Below, in pieces: positions 17,755-27,845 of a DNA stretch of 64,000 bases; within the stretch, counting starts at the first letter, position 1, and each line of letters opens with the position of its first letter. The translations under genes and the position numbers were made by a program. The DNA comes from an uncultured Lachnospiraceae bacterium (GTDB lineage: Bacteria > Bacillota > Clostridia > Eubacteriales > Eubacteriaceae). Under the pieces are notes generated by a model. It ran no database searches. It worked only from the letters and a program-made list of their open reading frames with translations, and had not been told where the DNA came from. The stretch lies in the NCBI GenBank assembly GCA_964632785.1, contig CAZWEU010000004.1, positions 791 through 64,790 on the forward strand, given 5' to 3'.

Positions 17755-19136
17755 TAATATAAGTTTCTGGCGACAAAGACGCCGTTGGCCGAGGACTGCA
17801 TCAGGCCCCTAGTCACGCCGGCCCCATCACCCATGACATAGAGGTTTTCAATACTCGATTGAAAGCGCTCATCGACACTGACCTTATTGGAATAAAATTT
17901 CACCTCGACCCCATAGAGTAAGGTTTCATCACTGGCTAGGCCCGGTGAGACGTGGTCAAGGGCTTGGATCATTTCATCAATATCCTTCATAATCCGGTAG
18001 GGCAGGACCAGGCATAAATCGCCAGGAACCGCGTCCATCAGGGTTGGCCGGATATTATTGCGATTGAGCCGTTCGGCGGTTGTCCGCCGGCCTCTTAAAA
18101 AATCACCATAACGCTGGACCATAATTTTATTACCGGTCAGCATATTTCCCAGGCCGGCGATGTGCTTGCCGTAGGCAATTGGCTCTTTAAAAGGCTGGGT
18201 AAAACTTTTAGAAACCAGCAGGGCAAAATTGGTATTATTGGTCTTTAGGGAATCGGCCTTATAGCTATGGCCATTGACAACGGCTAGCTTGTTTTCATAG
18301 TATTCAGTTGAGACGACTCCCGCCGGATTGGAGCAAAAAGTCCTGACACTGTCATCAAAGGTCGGTGTGTAATAAACCAGTTTTCCTTCGTAGAGGGATT
18401 CATTAATTTCTTGCATGACTTCGTTTCGGGTTTCAACCCGGACACCCAGGTCGACTTTTCCAACGGTCGTTTCAACCGAATAATCGTCACACATCTGTTT
18501 AAACCACTCCGAGCCTTCGCGACCGACAGCGACGATTATTTTATCAGCTTCAATGGTTTGGCCCTTGACGACGACGCCTTTGGCAACTTGGTCTTTAATG
18601 ACTAGGCGCTCGACCGGACTTCTAAAGCGAATCTCGATGGCTAAGTCATCGACTAAGTACTTTTGAATCCGGCTATAGATCTCATAGCCGACTTCTGTCC
18701 CCATATGGCGGACGGGGCATTCGATTAATTTTAAATTACTTTGAATGGCCTTGGTCCGAATATCTCTAATTCGCTGAGGATGGTCAATACCGTGGACCTT
18801 TTTGTCGGCCCCAAAGTGCAGGTAAATATCGTCGACATAACTAATTAATTCTTCGGTCTCTTGGTAGCCAATATATTCGGGCAATTCACCACCAACATCA
18901 GGCGACAAAGAGAGCTTGCCATCTGAATAAGCCCCGGCACCGGCAAAACCGGTGGTAATGTTACAAGGCTTACAGCCGATGCAAATCCCCGTTTTTCGTT
19001 TGGGACAAATCCGTTTTTCGATGGTATTGCCTTTTTCAAACATCAGGATCTTTAAATCTTTATTCTTTTTTTTTAATTCCATCGCTGCAAAGATCCCACT
19101 GGGACCGGCACCGATAATGATTACATCATATTTCAT
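17754..19136 (-). CDS. Uncharacterised NAD(P)/FAD-dependent oxidoreductase
   Basis: IIGAGPSG Rossmann motif, GAGAYSDGKL, GDGAGVTRGL, Cys cluster CP...CIGCKPC. Confidence 0.85.
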   Translation of the reverse strand: MKYDVIIIGAGPSGIFAAMELKKKNKDLKILMFEKGNTIEKRICPKRKTGICIGCKPCNITTGFAGAGAYSDGKLSLSPDVGGELPEYIGYQETEELISYVDDIYLHFGADKKVHGIDHPQRIRDIRTKAIQSNLKLIECPVRHMGTEVGYEIYSRIQKYLVDDLAIEIRFRSPVERLVIKDQVAKGVVVKGQTIEADKIIVAVGREGSEWFKQMCDDYSVETTVGKVDLGVRVETRNEVMQEINESLYEGKLVYYTPTFDDSVRTFCSNPAGVVSTEYYENKLAVVNGHSYKADSLKTNNTNFALLVSKSFTQPFKEPIAYGKHIAGLGNMLTGNKIMVQRYGDFLRGRRTTAERLNRNNIRPTLMDAVPGDLCLVLPYRIMKDIDEMIQALDHVSPGLASDETLLYGVEVKFYSNKVSVDERFQSSIENLYVMGDGAGVTRGLMQSSANGVFVARNLY

Positions 19137-19147
19137 TTTCTTCCTCT

Positions 19148-20506
19148 TTACGCAAAGAATTCTTCGCCATAATCTTGGGCATCAAAGCCCTGGGCTAAAT
19201 CATTGAATTTTGTATATTCGGGGATCCAGGCCAGTTTTATCGTTCCGGTTGGACCATTTCGTTGTTTTGCGATATTGACTTCCGCAATATTTTTAAGTTC
19301 CGGATTATCATCATAATAAGACTCCCGATAGAGCAGCATGATCACATCGGCATCTTGCTCAATCGATCCCGATTCTCTAAGGTCAGACATAACCGGGTGG
19401 TGGTCAGCCCGAGCATCCGGTGCCCGGCTCAGTTGTGATAGGGCCATGACCGGCGCTTCCATTTCCCGGGCCAAGGCCTTTAGACCCCTGGACATCTCGG
19501 AAATTTCATTCTGGCGATTTTCACTCTGGCCGCCACCACTCATCAGTTGCAAATAATCGACGACAATCAAATCGAGATTTTTTTCGGCTTTCAGGCGGCG
19601 GCACTTCGACCGAAGATCAGAAATGGTAATGCCCGGTGTATCATCGACCGAAATCCGGGTCCCATAGAGCTTACTATAGCCAAGGGACAAACGCTCCCAA
19701 TCGTCTTTTGATAGGTTACCGGTCCGGACATTGTTGCTATCGACCAAGGATTCAGCACAAAGCATCCGCTTGACCAATTGCTCCTTTGACATCTCCAGAC
19801 TAAAAATAGCCACTGAACAATCGTCTTTAAGGGCAGCATTTTGGGCGATATTAAGGGCAAAAGCGGTTTTTCCCATCGATGGGCGGGCCGCTACAATAAT
19901 CAAGTCTGAGGTTTGCAAGCCGGCCGTCATCATATTTAATTCGGCAAAACCGGTATCCACGCCAGTCAATTTCCCCTTATTTTTCTCAACCTCTTCAATC
20001 TGCGAAAGGGTGACCGCCAAAGTTTCTTGGATGGTCTGAAAATCACTGGTCCGCCTCCCCTGGGAAACTTTAAAAATTTCTTGTTCGGCCCGGTCGATTA
20101 AATCACCGACATTGCCATATTGGCCATAGCTTTCTTCGAGTATTTTAGACGAGCTGAAAATCAGCCGTCTAACGACGGCTTTTTCATGGACAATCTGACA
20201 ATATTCAAGGTAATTACGGTGGATCGGGACCATTTCAATCAGCTCACTTAAATAGGTTGGCCCCCCAACTTGATCGAGCAGGTCCTTATTTCTTAAGGCA
20301 TCCATCAAGGTTACCGTATCAATGGCTTTTCGTTCATTGTATAGGTCAAACATGCATTGATAAATTTCCCGATGGGCGCTGCGATAAAAATCCTCTGGCG
20401 ATATAATTTCTTCGGCTTTGGCAATGTTTGATTCTTCCATCAGAATGGCCCCGAGGATCGATTGCTCGGCCTCGATATTATGAGGTTGTACCTTGGTGTT
20501 TAGCAC
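19148..20506 (-). CDS. dnaB: Replicative DNA helicase
   Basis: PHNIEAEQ, AARPSMGKT, DYLQL, LRESGSIEQDAD. Confidence 0.97.
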   Translation of the reverse strand: MLNTKVQPHNIEAEQSILGAILMEESNIAKAEEIISPEDFYRSAHREIYQCMFDLYNERKAIDTVTLMDALRNKDLLDQVGGPTYLSELIEMVPIHRNYLEYCQIVHEKAVVRRLIFSSSKILEESYGQYGNVGDLIDRAEQEIFKVSQGRRTSDFQTIQETLAVTLSQIEEVEKNKGKLTGVDTGFAELNMMTAGLQTSDLIIVAARPSMGKTAFALNIAQNAALKDDCSVAIFSLEMSKEQLVKRMLCAESLVDSNNVRTGNLSKDDWERLSLGYSKLYGTRISVDDTPGITISDLRSKCRRLKAEKNLDLIVVDYLQLMSGGGQSENRQNEISEMSRGLKALAREMEAPVMALSQLSRAPDARADHHPVMSDLRESGSIEQDADVIMLLYRESYYDDNPELKNIAEVNIAKQRNGPTGTIKLAWIPEYTKFNDLAQGFDAQDYGEEFFA

Positions 20507-20515
20507 TGCTTTTTT

Positions 20516-20965
20516 TTATTCCTCCCCTTTGACAATCACCGTTAGGTCACCAATGACGCCGGGGAAAGTCTTAATCTTCACTTCCATCCGGCCGACATTG
20601 CGAATTGGTGTATCCAGCTCAATTTTTCGTTTATCAATCTTAATGCCGGTTTCTTCTTCTAGTTTTTCCGCTATGTCTTTGCTGGTCACGGACCCAAAAA
20701 GCTGGCCATCATCGCCGACTTTTTCAGTGAAATTAATCTCCGTTTCATTGATAATAGCGGCTAATTTTTCACCATCTTCCTTTTTACCAATCAGGCGCTT
20801 TGCCTCTTCTGCCTGTTCCTTTAAAGCCATTTCAATGTTTTCTTTGGTCCCCAATAAGGCTAACTTCTTTTTTAATAAAAAGTTTTGACCATAACCGGTT
20901 TTAACCGTGACAATGTCCCCTTTGTTACCAAGTTTTTCAACATCTTCTAATAATACAACTTTCAT
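20516..20965 (-). CDS. rplI: 50S ribosomal protein L9
   Basis: MKVVLLEDV..LGNKGD..VKTGY, LFGSVTSKDI. Confidence 0.96.
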   Translation of the reverse strand: MKVVLLEDVEKLGNKGDIVTVKTGYGQNFLLKKKLALLGTKENIEMALKEQAEEAKRLIGKKEDGEKLAAIINETEINFTEKVGDDGQLFGSVTSKDIAEKLEEETGIKIDKRKIELDTPIRNVGRMEVKIKTFPGVIGDLTVIVKGEE

Positions 20966-22935
20966 TATTCATTCTCCTCTTTATAGTTTTCTATTGCTTC
21001 GATTAGTAGTTTTTTTCCAACTTCGGGATCATCCTCACCCATGAGTTGGGCGCCAGCCATGGCCAAATGGCCACCGCCACCCATTTTCTCAAGGATTAAT
21101 TGAACATTGACTTCACCCATGGACCGTCCGCTAATCATCAGACCTTCCTCATTTTTTAATATAATAAAGGACGCAATAATTCCTTTAATATTCAAGAGTT
21201 CATCAGCTGCCTGGGCAGCGACGAGTTTGCCATACTCGGTCTCATTTTCAAAGACCGAGATGGCAATGTTTTTAAAGTAAATTTTGGCCGCATTAACGGC
21301 CTCTGACCGTTCGGCATAAGTCGATAGATCATCTTGAAGTAAGATCTTACTGATGATTGTGTCGGCCCCTTGGCGTTTCAGAAAAGCCGCCGCCTCAAAG
21401 GTTCGAACCCCTGTTTTTAGGGTAAACATCTTGGTATCCATGCAGATCCCGGCTAAGAGGGCGTTGGCTTCGACGACACCCATAGCTGGTTTTTCATCGA
21501 TGTACTGGACCAGTTCGGTTACCAGCTCACAAGTTGACGAGGCATAAACCTCGGTATAATTAAGGACCACATGGGGGATTGTTTTACCTGACAGGCGGTG
21601 GTGGTCAATGATGACCGCCTTGGAAACTTTATCAAGCAAGTCGGGCATTTCAACATGGTTGCCATTTTGCGTGTCGACGACGATCAATAGGGTGTTTTTT
21701 TCTAAAAACCCTTCAACCTCTCGCGGTTTAATAAAGGCCTGGTCGTAATCACCATTCTCCATCAAGTATTCAAAAAGTGATTTGATCGAATAATTTATTT
21801 CATTAATCACAATTTTGGCTTCTTTATCCAAGGCCCGGCAAATGCCCATCACCCCGACGGCACTGCCTAAACAATCCATATCGGGATTTTGATGGCCCAT
21901 TAAGATGACATTACCGGCTTCTTTAATCAGTTCTTTTAGGCCATGGGCCTTGACCCGGGCCTTGACCTTGGTGCGTTTCTCGGTTGCTTCTGTTTTACCA
22001 CCATAAAAAAGCATCTTATCATCCCGCCGGACAACAGCTTGGTCGCCACCCCGGGCCAGGGCAATCTCCAAGGCCATGTGGGATATCTTTTGTGATTCTT
22101 TCATGCCGAGGATTTTTTCCGAAATACCAATCCCGATGCTTAAGGTGATTGGTAATTTCTCATCGGTTTCGATCTCCCGGACTTCATCAAGGATTTTAAA
22201 GCGTTCATCTTGAAGGGAGGCGATCTTACCCCGTTCAAAAATCATTAAGTAGCGGTCATTTTCATATTCAACGATGACACTCTCAATCGCTTTTGCCCAT
22301 TCGTTAATTTTAATGTCCACCTGGCTTAAAATCGCTGACCGTTTATGATTAGGAATTTTTTCATTGATCTCATCGTAATTATCGACGACAATATAGCAAA
22401 ATAAAGGGGAATTATTGCGATAAATCTTTCGCTCCTTGGTTTGCTCGGTGATGTCGAAAAAATGAACCAATTCAAAATTATGGACCGTATCAGAAAAAGC
22501 ATTGGTCACTACCCCATATTCACAGTCTTCATAATTAAAAATATACTCTTCCACCTGAATGGCTTCTTTTAGGTTAAAACCCAATTCCTCGATAATATTT
22601 TTTTTAAACAAGGCTTGGTCTTCTTTTTTAAAGACACTGCCAAAGGCCTGGTTATACCAGTAAATCATTCCTTGGTCATCGACAATGGCCATGGCAATCG
22701 GCATTTCATACATCCGCTCTTGGTTAATTTTATCTAAGTCATAATAGATATCATCGATGGCCCGATTTGATTTAATCTCATCCAGGGATAGGTTTTTCTT
22801 ATAGTGATAGAGTAAAAAAACAAAGCCTAAACCACCTATTATTCCTAGAAGATTATTGTAGTAAGCCGTAATTAGTGACAGCATCAAGATCATCACCAGT
22901 GATAAGAGGCTGATGCCTTTTTTTGTCTCTCTCAT
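20965..22935 (-). CDS. gdpP: c-di-AMP phosphodiesterase GdpP (TM-PAS-degenerate GGDEF-DHH/DHHA1)
   Basis: ARGGDQ, GHQNPDMD, IDHHR, GGGGH; position between yybS and rplI. Confidence 0.93.
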   Translation of the reverse strand: MRETKKGISLLSLVMILMLSLITAYYNNLLGIIGGLGFVFLLYHYKKNLSLDEIKSNRAIDDIYYDLDKINQERMYEMPIAMAIVDDQGMIYWYNQAFGSVFKKEDQALFKKNIIEELGFNLKEAIQVEEYIFNYEDCEYGVVTNAFSDTVHNFELVHFFDITEQTKERKIYRNNSPLFCYIVVDNYDEINEKIPNHKRSAILSQVDIKINEWAKAIESVIVEYENDRYLMIFERGKIASLQDERFKILDEVREIETDEKLPITLSIGIGISEKILGMKESQKISHMALEIALARGGDQAVVRRDDKMLFYGGKTEATEKRTKVKARVKAHGLKELIKEAGNVILMGHQNPDMDCLGSAVGVMGICRALDKEAKIVINEINYSIKSLFEYLMENGDYDQAFIKPREVEGFLEKNTLLIVVDTQNGNHVEMPDLLDKVSKAVIIDHHRLSGKTIPHVVLNYTEVYASSTCELVTELVQYIDEKPAMGVVEANALLAGICMDTKMFTLKTGVRTFEAAAFLKRQGADTIISKILLQDDLSTYAERSEAVNAAKIYFKNIAISVFENETEYGKLVAAQAADELLNIKGIIASFIILKNEEGLMISGRSMGEVNVQLILEKMGGGGHLAMAGAQLMGEDDPEVGKKLLIEAIENYKEENE

Positions 22936-23880
22936 TTACATCTCCTTTCGAAATAATGTGCGAATATCAAAATAGGTATCGACGATGCCCAAAAATGTCA
23001 CCACCATTTGAAGCAGGCCACTGAGGAGGACAATTAAGACCTTGACGACCTTACTCTTGATTTTTTTAGCGGCCAGAAAATTAAAAATACAGGCCAAGCC
23101 CATGACGAAAAAAACAAGATACACTAAGTTTTGAATGGTCACAATGTATATTTCTGGAATCACTTGGATATTAAAGACTGTCACCCCAAAGGTGAAAAAG
23201 AGGGCGACCGTTAAGGCTACTTTTAAATGGTTGGCCAGCCTTAAATTTTCAAACTTCTTAAAGCCCTTAACCGGATAGTTTAAGCGCTTTAGAACTAAAT
23301 CGGCCATCATCACATTCGCTAGGCCAAAAATCACCGGCATCAGAATAAAGGTTGTGGGGATACTCATCATCACTAGCTTCATGCTAGCGGCCATGATCTC
23401 TTTGACTTCATCCAACTGGGCCCCATCGAATACGCCTAATCGTTCATAGAAAAGCAGAGCTTCTTGGGCCCCGGTCTCAAAAAAGCCAACCAGACTGCCA
23501 ACAAAATCAATTCCCGTCAAGACCTGATAGGTAAAAATGACCAGGCTGATAAAAGCAGCAAAGGCAATTGTCCCAATCATGGATTTCTTCAGCGCCGACA
23601 GGTTTTTCTGATAGGCAAGACCTAATGAACAGCCAACCAAAAGCATAAGCAAACCAAATTGCAAGGCCAAGAGGGGTCCTAAAAAAATACCTATTAAAAA
23701 AGAGGCGGCGATGCTCGAAAGGATGCTGACCTTTAATCCCTGTCGTTTTCCAAGAACAATCATCGGCACGGGAGTAAAAAAAGTTAATAATACCAGAAAG
23801 GGAATAAAGGCGCTGGCTAAGGATATTAGCACGGCAATGGCGCAAAAAATCGCCCCTTCTGTCAATCCTTTTGTTTTCAT
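22936..23880 (-). CDS. yybS: YybS/DUF2232 membrane protein
   Basis: LTEGAI start, multi-TM, LGIVDTYFDIR end; upstream of gdpP. Confidence 0.88.
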   Translation of the reverse strand: MKTKGLTEGAIFCAIAVLISLASAFIPFLVLLTFFTPVPMIVLGKRQGLKVSILSSIAASFLIGIFLGPLLALQFGLLMLLVGCSLGLAYQKNLSALKKSMIGTIAFAAFISLVIFTYQVLTGIDFVGSLVGFFETGAQEALLFYERLGVFDGAQLDEVKEIMAASMKLVMMSIPTTFILMPVIFGLANVMMADLVLKRLNYPVKGFKKFENLRLANHLKVALTVALFFTFGVTVFNIQVIPEIYIVTIQNLVYLVFFVMGLACIFNFLAAKKIKSKVVKVLIVLLSGLLQMVVTFLGIVDTYFDIRTLFRKEM

Positions 23881-23988
23881 CTTTCCTCCATCGTTGATCT
23901 GTCAATTTATAATGCATCCTAATCAGATTATTATACCATACTCAATTTATTTTCACATTCTTTTTTAAGATAGACTTTATAAACCAAT

Positions 23989-24032
23989 AAAAAACTGTTA
24001 TCCAAGGCATTACTCCTTAAATAACAGTTTTT
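23989..24032 (-). terminator. Terminator of rpsF-ssb-rpsR
   Basis: AAAAACTGTTAT...ATAACAGTTTTT inverted repeat just after rpsR stop. Confidence 0.7.
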
Positions 24033-24034
24033 AA

Positions 24035-24262
24035 TTAGTTGCTTGTTGTATAGGGTAAAAGGGCAACATTACGAGCTCTTTTAACCGCTTCAGTGACTTT
24101 TCTCTGGTGCTTAGCACAAGTCCCCGTCGCCCGTCTTGGTAAAATTTTTCCTTTTTCGGAAATAAATTTTTTCAAGGTGACAACATCTTTATAATCAACT
24201 TCTCCTGCTTTGCGTTCGCAGAATTCACATACTTTTCTTCTTTTCTTAAATACTCTTGACAT
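24035..24262 (-). CDS. rpsR: 30S ribosomal protein S18 (zinc-binding C+ type)
   Basis: CEFC...DYKD...[17 protein letters not shown]. Confidence 0.98.
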   Translation of the reverse strand: MSRVFKKRRKVCEFCERKAGEVDYKDVVTLKKFISEKGKILPRRATGTCAKHQRKVTEAVKRARNVALLPYTTSN

Positions 24263-24279
24263 TCGCTTTTCCTCCTAAC

Positions 24280-24711
24280 TTAAAAAGGTACTTCGTCGTC
24301 CTCGGCCATGAGATGAAAATCGTCATCTAATCCCATCACCGCGGCATTGTTATTGGTTTGAGGAGCTGGGGTCGGCTTAAAAGAACCCTCACGTTTTGAT
24401 GACGATAAGAAGGTAAATTCTTCGCCTACCACTTCCGTGATATAGCGTCTTTGGCCGTCTTGGCCTTCGTAATTTCGAACCTGTAGCCGTCCTGATATGG
24501 CAACTTGACTGCCTTTCGACAAGTATTGCCCCAAGATTTCAGCCGGTTTTTCCCAAAATACAATGGGAATAAAGTCCGCTTCTTTTTGACCATCTCTGTT
24601 TTTAAAGCGACGGTCGATCGCTAAGGTAAAGGTTGCAACTGTTTTCCCGGTCGTTGTGGTTTTAACCTCCGGGTCTTTTGTCAGTCTTCCCACTAAAATT
24701 ACTTTATTCAC
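24280..24711 (-). CDS. ssb: Single-stranded DNA-binding protein
   Basis: NKVILVGRLTKDPE, C-terminal DDEVPF. Confidence 0.97.
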   Translation of the reverse strand: MNKVILVGRLTKDPEVKTTTTGKTVATFTLAIDRRFKNRDGQKEADFIPIVFWEKPAEILGQYLSKGSQVAISGRLQVRNYEGQDGQRRYITEVVGEEFTFLSSSKREGSFKPTPAPQTNNNAAVMGLDDDFHLMAEDDEVPF

Positions 24712-24722
24712 AGCATTACCCC

Positions 24723-25010
24723 CTACTTCTCTTTTTTAATAACAATGTCACGAATAAATGATTCGTTAATCTTGTACAAGTGGTCTAGCTCATCTAAGAG
24801 GGTGTTATCCCCTTTAAACTCGATCAAAACATAATGACCTTCTTGGAATTTCCCGTCAATTTCATAGGCTAAACGGCGTTTACCCCAATCGTCAACTTTT
24901 TCGATCGTGCCTGTTGTTTCGATAATCGCTTTTACCTTGTCAACTGATTCTTCAATCTTTTCCTTCTCAAGATCTGGCTTCAAAACAAATAGTGTTTCGT
25001 ATGCTCTCAT
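24723..25010 (-). CDS. rpsF: 30S ribosomal protein S6
   Basis: MRAYE..., WGKRRLAYEI. Confidence 0.97.
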   Translation of the reverse strand: MRAYETLFVLKPDLEKEKIEESVDKVKAIIETTGTIEKVDDWGKRRLAYEIDGKFQEGHYVLIEFKGDNTLLDELDHLYKINESFIRDIVIKKEK

Positions 25011-25073
25011 TTCCTTTCACCTCCTTATGGACTATGGCTCGTCACCCTGACGAGCAAGGATACCAGTTTTTAA
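25011..25073 (-). promoter_or_regulatory. S6:S18 ribosomal-protein leader RNA
   Basis: Minus strand TCCTT-GCTCGTCA-ggg-TGACGAGC-CATAGTCCAT-AAGGAGGTG: outer stem sequesters the SD, with inner hairpin and unpaired CC. Confidence 0.75.
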
Positions 25074-25104
25074 TTATAGCATATCATGGCCGTATTGCAA
25101 GTGT

Positions 25105-25314
25105 TTATTTGTCTAGGCCATCTTTTTTACCAATCACTTTTTTGATCTGTTTATTAAACTTTATTCTCGGCAGCATCACAACATGGTCACAGCCCAGGCA
25201 GCGGATCTTGATATCCGCCCCAAGTCTGATGACCGTCCAGCGAAAGCTGCCACAAGGGTGTTTTTTCTTAAGCTCAACCTCATCACCCAGTTGGTAGTCT
25301 TTATCCACCATCAT
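25105..25314 (-). CDS. DUF951 family small protein (YyzM-like)
   Basis: LKKKHPCGS..W...RLGADIKIRCLGC. Confidence 0.92.
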   Translation of the reverse strand: MMVDKDYQLGDEVELKKKHPCGSFRWTVIRLGADIKIRCLGCDHVVMLPRIKFNKQIKKVIGKKDGLDK

Positions 25315-26171
25315 TCGACCTCACTACTGTTTGTCAGAACCACGGTCTTATTATAGGGAATCTCGATCCCTTTTCGATCGAATTCATCTTTAATCCGCTT
25401 TCGCAGGAGGCGTTCGGCCTCGAATTTGCCATTAGCATCGGAATCACAAATGACCCGAATATTAATGGCCGAATCCCCTAAATCCATCACCCCAAGGACA
25501 ACCGGCACATCAAAAAAGAGGTCACTGCGTTGGTTAAAAAGATCTTCGGATAAGGCCTTAAGGGTCTCTAGGGCATTATTAATATCCTCTTCATAGGCAA
25601 TGCCGACTTCGACAATCGCTTTAATATTTCCTTTTGAGTAATTGGTCATGCGGTCAATTTTGCCATTATGAATCATAAATAAACCGCCATCAAATTCACG
25701 GATGTTGGTGGTCCGAATGCCAATCGTCTCGACAATACCATGGTGGTCGCCATCTAAGATAATATAGTCGCCAACACTAAATTGATTTTCAAAGACAATG
25801 ACAAAGCCGCCCATAACATCTTCAACCAGGCCTCGGGCGCCAAAACTAATGGCTAGGGTCCCGACCCCGGCAACTGCTAGTAAGGAAGTGACATTGATAA
25901 ATTGCCCGATGATGATCAGGCCGCCAACACCCCAAATGATCGCTTTGGTGGCCGCCTTAACGGTTGTGTTTAAGGTCACAATCCGCCTGGCTTCATGGGG
26001 GCTTAGGCCTTTCTTTCGTTCATTAAAAAGGCGATCAATGGTCTTAAAGCTAATTCGAATGCTGATAAATATTAAAATCAGCACGACCAGTGAGGTCAGG
26101 CCTTTTTGTAGTAATTTTGCCCAATCAAAAGTGCTTAAATAATTTGTTCCTTGTTCCAGTAAATACTTCAT
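25311..26171 (-). CDS. mscS: Small-conductance mechanosensitive channel family
   Basis: AGVGTLAISFGA, ENQFSVGD, IGIRTT, GIEIPY. Confidence 0.9.
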   Translation of the reverse strand: MKYLLEQGTNYLSTFDWAKLLQKGLTSLVVLILIFISIRISFKTIDRLFNERKKGLSPHEARRIVTLNTTVKAATKAIIWGVGGLIIIGQFINVTSLLAVAGVGTLAISFGARGLVEDVMGGFVIVFENQFSVGDYIILDGDHHGIVETIGIRTTNIREFDGGLFMIHNGKIDRMTNYSKGNIKAIVEVGIAYEEDINNALETLKALSEDLFNQRSDLFFDVPVVLGVMDLGDSAINIRVICDSDANGKFEAERLLRKRIKDEFDRKGIEIPYNKTVVLTNSSEVE

Positions 26172-26215
26172 ACTGCTCCTTCTTTATGAATCCATTCCGG
26201 CTATTTTATAAAATG

Positions 26216-26842
26216 CTAGGACGCTAAATTTAGAAAATAGCCAATGACACGCTGATAAAAATAACTATTTTGATAATTAAGCCAATTTAGTGCTTCCGTA
26301 TTATAGAGATCAATGATACTAAAGATCCATACCATTAGGAAACAAAAAGCCAAACCAATAATCAGGCCGATCCCTAAGCCTAAAAGTCGGTTAATGCCCC
26401 CGATCACCGGCACTTTATGAATGCCCCTAAAGACTGATTGAAGAAGACCAATGGCCAGTGAGACCAAGATAACAATCAGGCCAAAGCTAATAAATTGAGC
26501 AATGACAAACAAAACCGCCTCATTTAACCCATCTACTGATTGCTGGATAAGGGCATTTTCACTGAGTTGATAAAATTGACTAGCCAAGCCATCTGCTTGA
26601 AGGGATGCCAATAAACTTTGCCTTATTTGATCAATCTTTAAGGTCTGGAGAAAACCGCTAAACAAGGGCCACTCCACCAGACTTTTTGCTAAGATCGGTG
26701 AAAAAAGACGGGCAATTATAAAAGATGCAATAAAACCGCCGAACTTAATCAGAGAGTTTATTGCACCGCGTCGATAACCATTTAATCCTAAAAGACCACA
26801 AATAAGCAGACAAAGAAAATCAGTTGCTGTCAAAAGAGTCAT
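26216..26842 (-). CDS. CvpA (colicin V production) family membrane protein
   Basis: GYRRGAI, NRLLGLGIG motifs. Confidence 0.8.
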   Translation of the reverse strand: MTLLTATDFLCLLICGLLGLNGYRRGAINSLIKFGGFIASFIIARLFSPILAKSLVEWPLFSGFLQTLKIDQIRQSLLASLQADGLASQFYQLSENALIQQSVDGLNEAVLFVIAQFISFGLIVILVSLAIGLLQSVFRGIHKVPVIGGINRLLGLGIGLIIGLAFCFLMVWIFSIIDLYNTEALNWLNYQNSYFYQRVIGYFLNLAS

Positions 26843-27843
26843 TCCTTGTCCTGATAGTATTTCTTGATATCTTCTTCATCGATGATTTTAATTTGACTCG
26901 TTTCCATCAAGAATGATTTATCGTCATCACCGGCCTTATTCCCCTCGTCATGGCGGTTTAGCGTCTCTTCACTAATGCGAATATTATCACCAATTAAGTC
27001 GGCATCCTCAAGGATGGGAATAGCCGCCGGTTTTGGCGCTTGGCTGTCATCTTTTTTTACTAGCCCACCTTTTTCCGCACTGATTTTTTGAAACAATTTT
27101 TCTCTTTGGTCCTTGGTTGAAATATTTCGCATGCTCTGGCTGGCATCTTCAATAATCACTTGGGTCATGTGCTCGGGTTTTTCAGGCCTAAAACTTTCGC
27201 TGGCAATTTCATCGGAAAGCTTATCCATGCCAATAAACTCCCGTTGCTTTTTATTTCTTCGGCGCTTCTTTGTTTTTTCTTTTTTCTCTTGGATCCGGTC
27301 TGATTCCTGACTCTCTACTTTTGTTTCAAGCCAATATTTTTTTCCCAACAAGCGGCCAAAGACAATGCCGGTAATTTGAAAGACCAGCGTCATGACTAGG
27401 CCGATCCCAAATAAGACAAAGATGGTAATGGCTGCGTCGGTCAATTGATAGATGATCCCATAGGGCAAGTACCAGAAAATCGTCGGTGCTGCCAGAAAGG
27501 TAAATTGATTCCAAATGGTATTGGCTGTTTGACCGGGTGCAAAAATAGTCACCAGGGTCACGCTGGTCGTTAGAATCAAAATCGGCATTAAGGTGTAAAA
27601 AACATAGGAAAAGTAACGCTTCTTATCACCGGCATAAATATTTTTAAAGCTGATGGCAAATAGGCCAATCCAAAATAAGCCAACCACCCCTAGTTGTATG
27701 GCACTAACGGTATAATTAAAGCTAGTCGAAGCAATGGCATCAAAGATATTCTTAAAGACCAGGACCAGTAAAATATAGATAACATTGCCGGCAATTGACG
27801 TTTCTAAGGGCGATAAACGCCTTTTTTTAATAACTTGATTCAT
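26839..27843 (-). CDS. Hypothetical membrane protein (about 5 TM plus long charged C-terminal tail)
   Basis: 334-aa ORF starting 2 nt after parB stop. Confidence 0.75.
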   Translation of the reverse strand: MNQVIKKRRLSPLETSIAGNVIYILLVLVFKNIFDAIASTSFNYTVSAIQLGVVGLFWIGLFAISFKNIYAGDKKRYFSYVFYTLMPILILTTSVTLVTIFAPGQTANTIWNQFTFLAAPTIFWYLPYGIIYQLTDAAITIFVLFGIGLVMTLVFQITGIVFGRLLGKKYWLETKVESQESDRIQEKKEKTKKRRRNKKQREFIGMDKLSDEIASESFRPEKPEHMTQVIIEDASQSMRNISTKDQREKLFQKISAEKGGLVKKDDSQAPKPAAIPILEDADLIGDNIRISEETLNRHDEGNKAGDDDKSFLMETSQIKIIDEEDIKKYYQDKE

Positions 27844-27845
27844 TT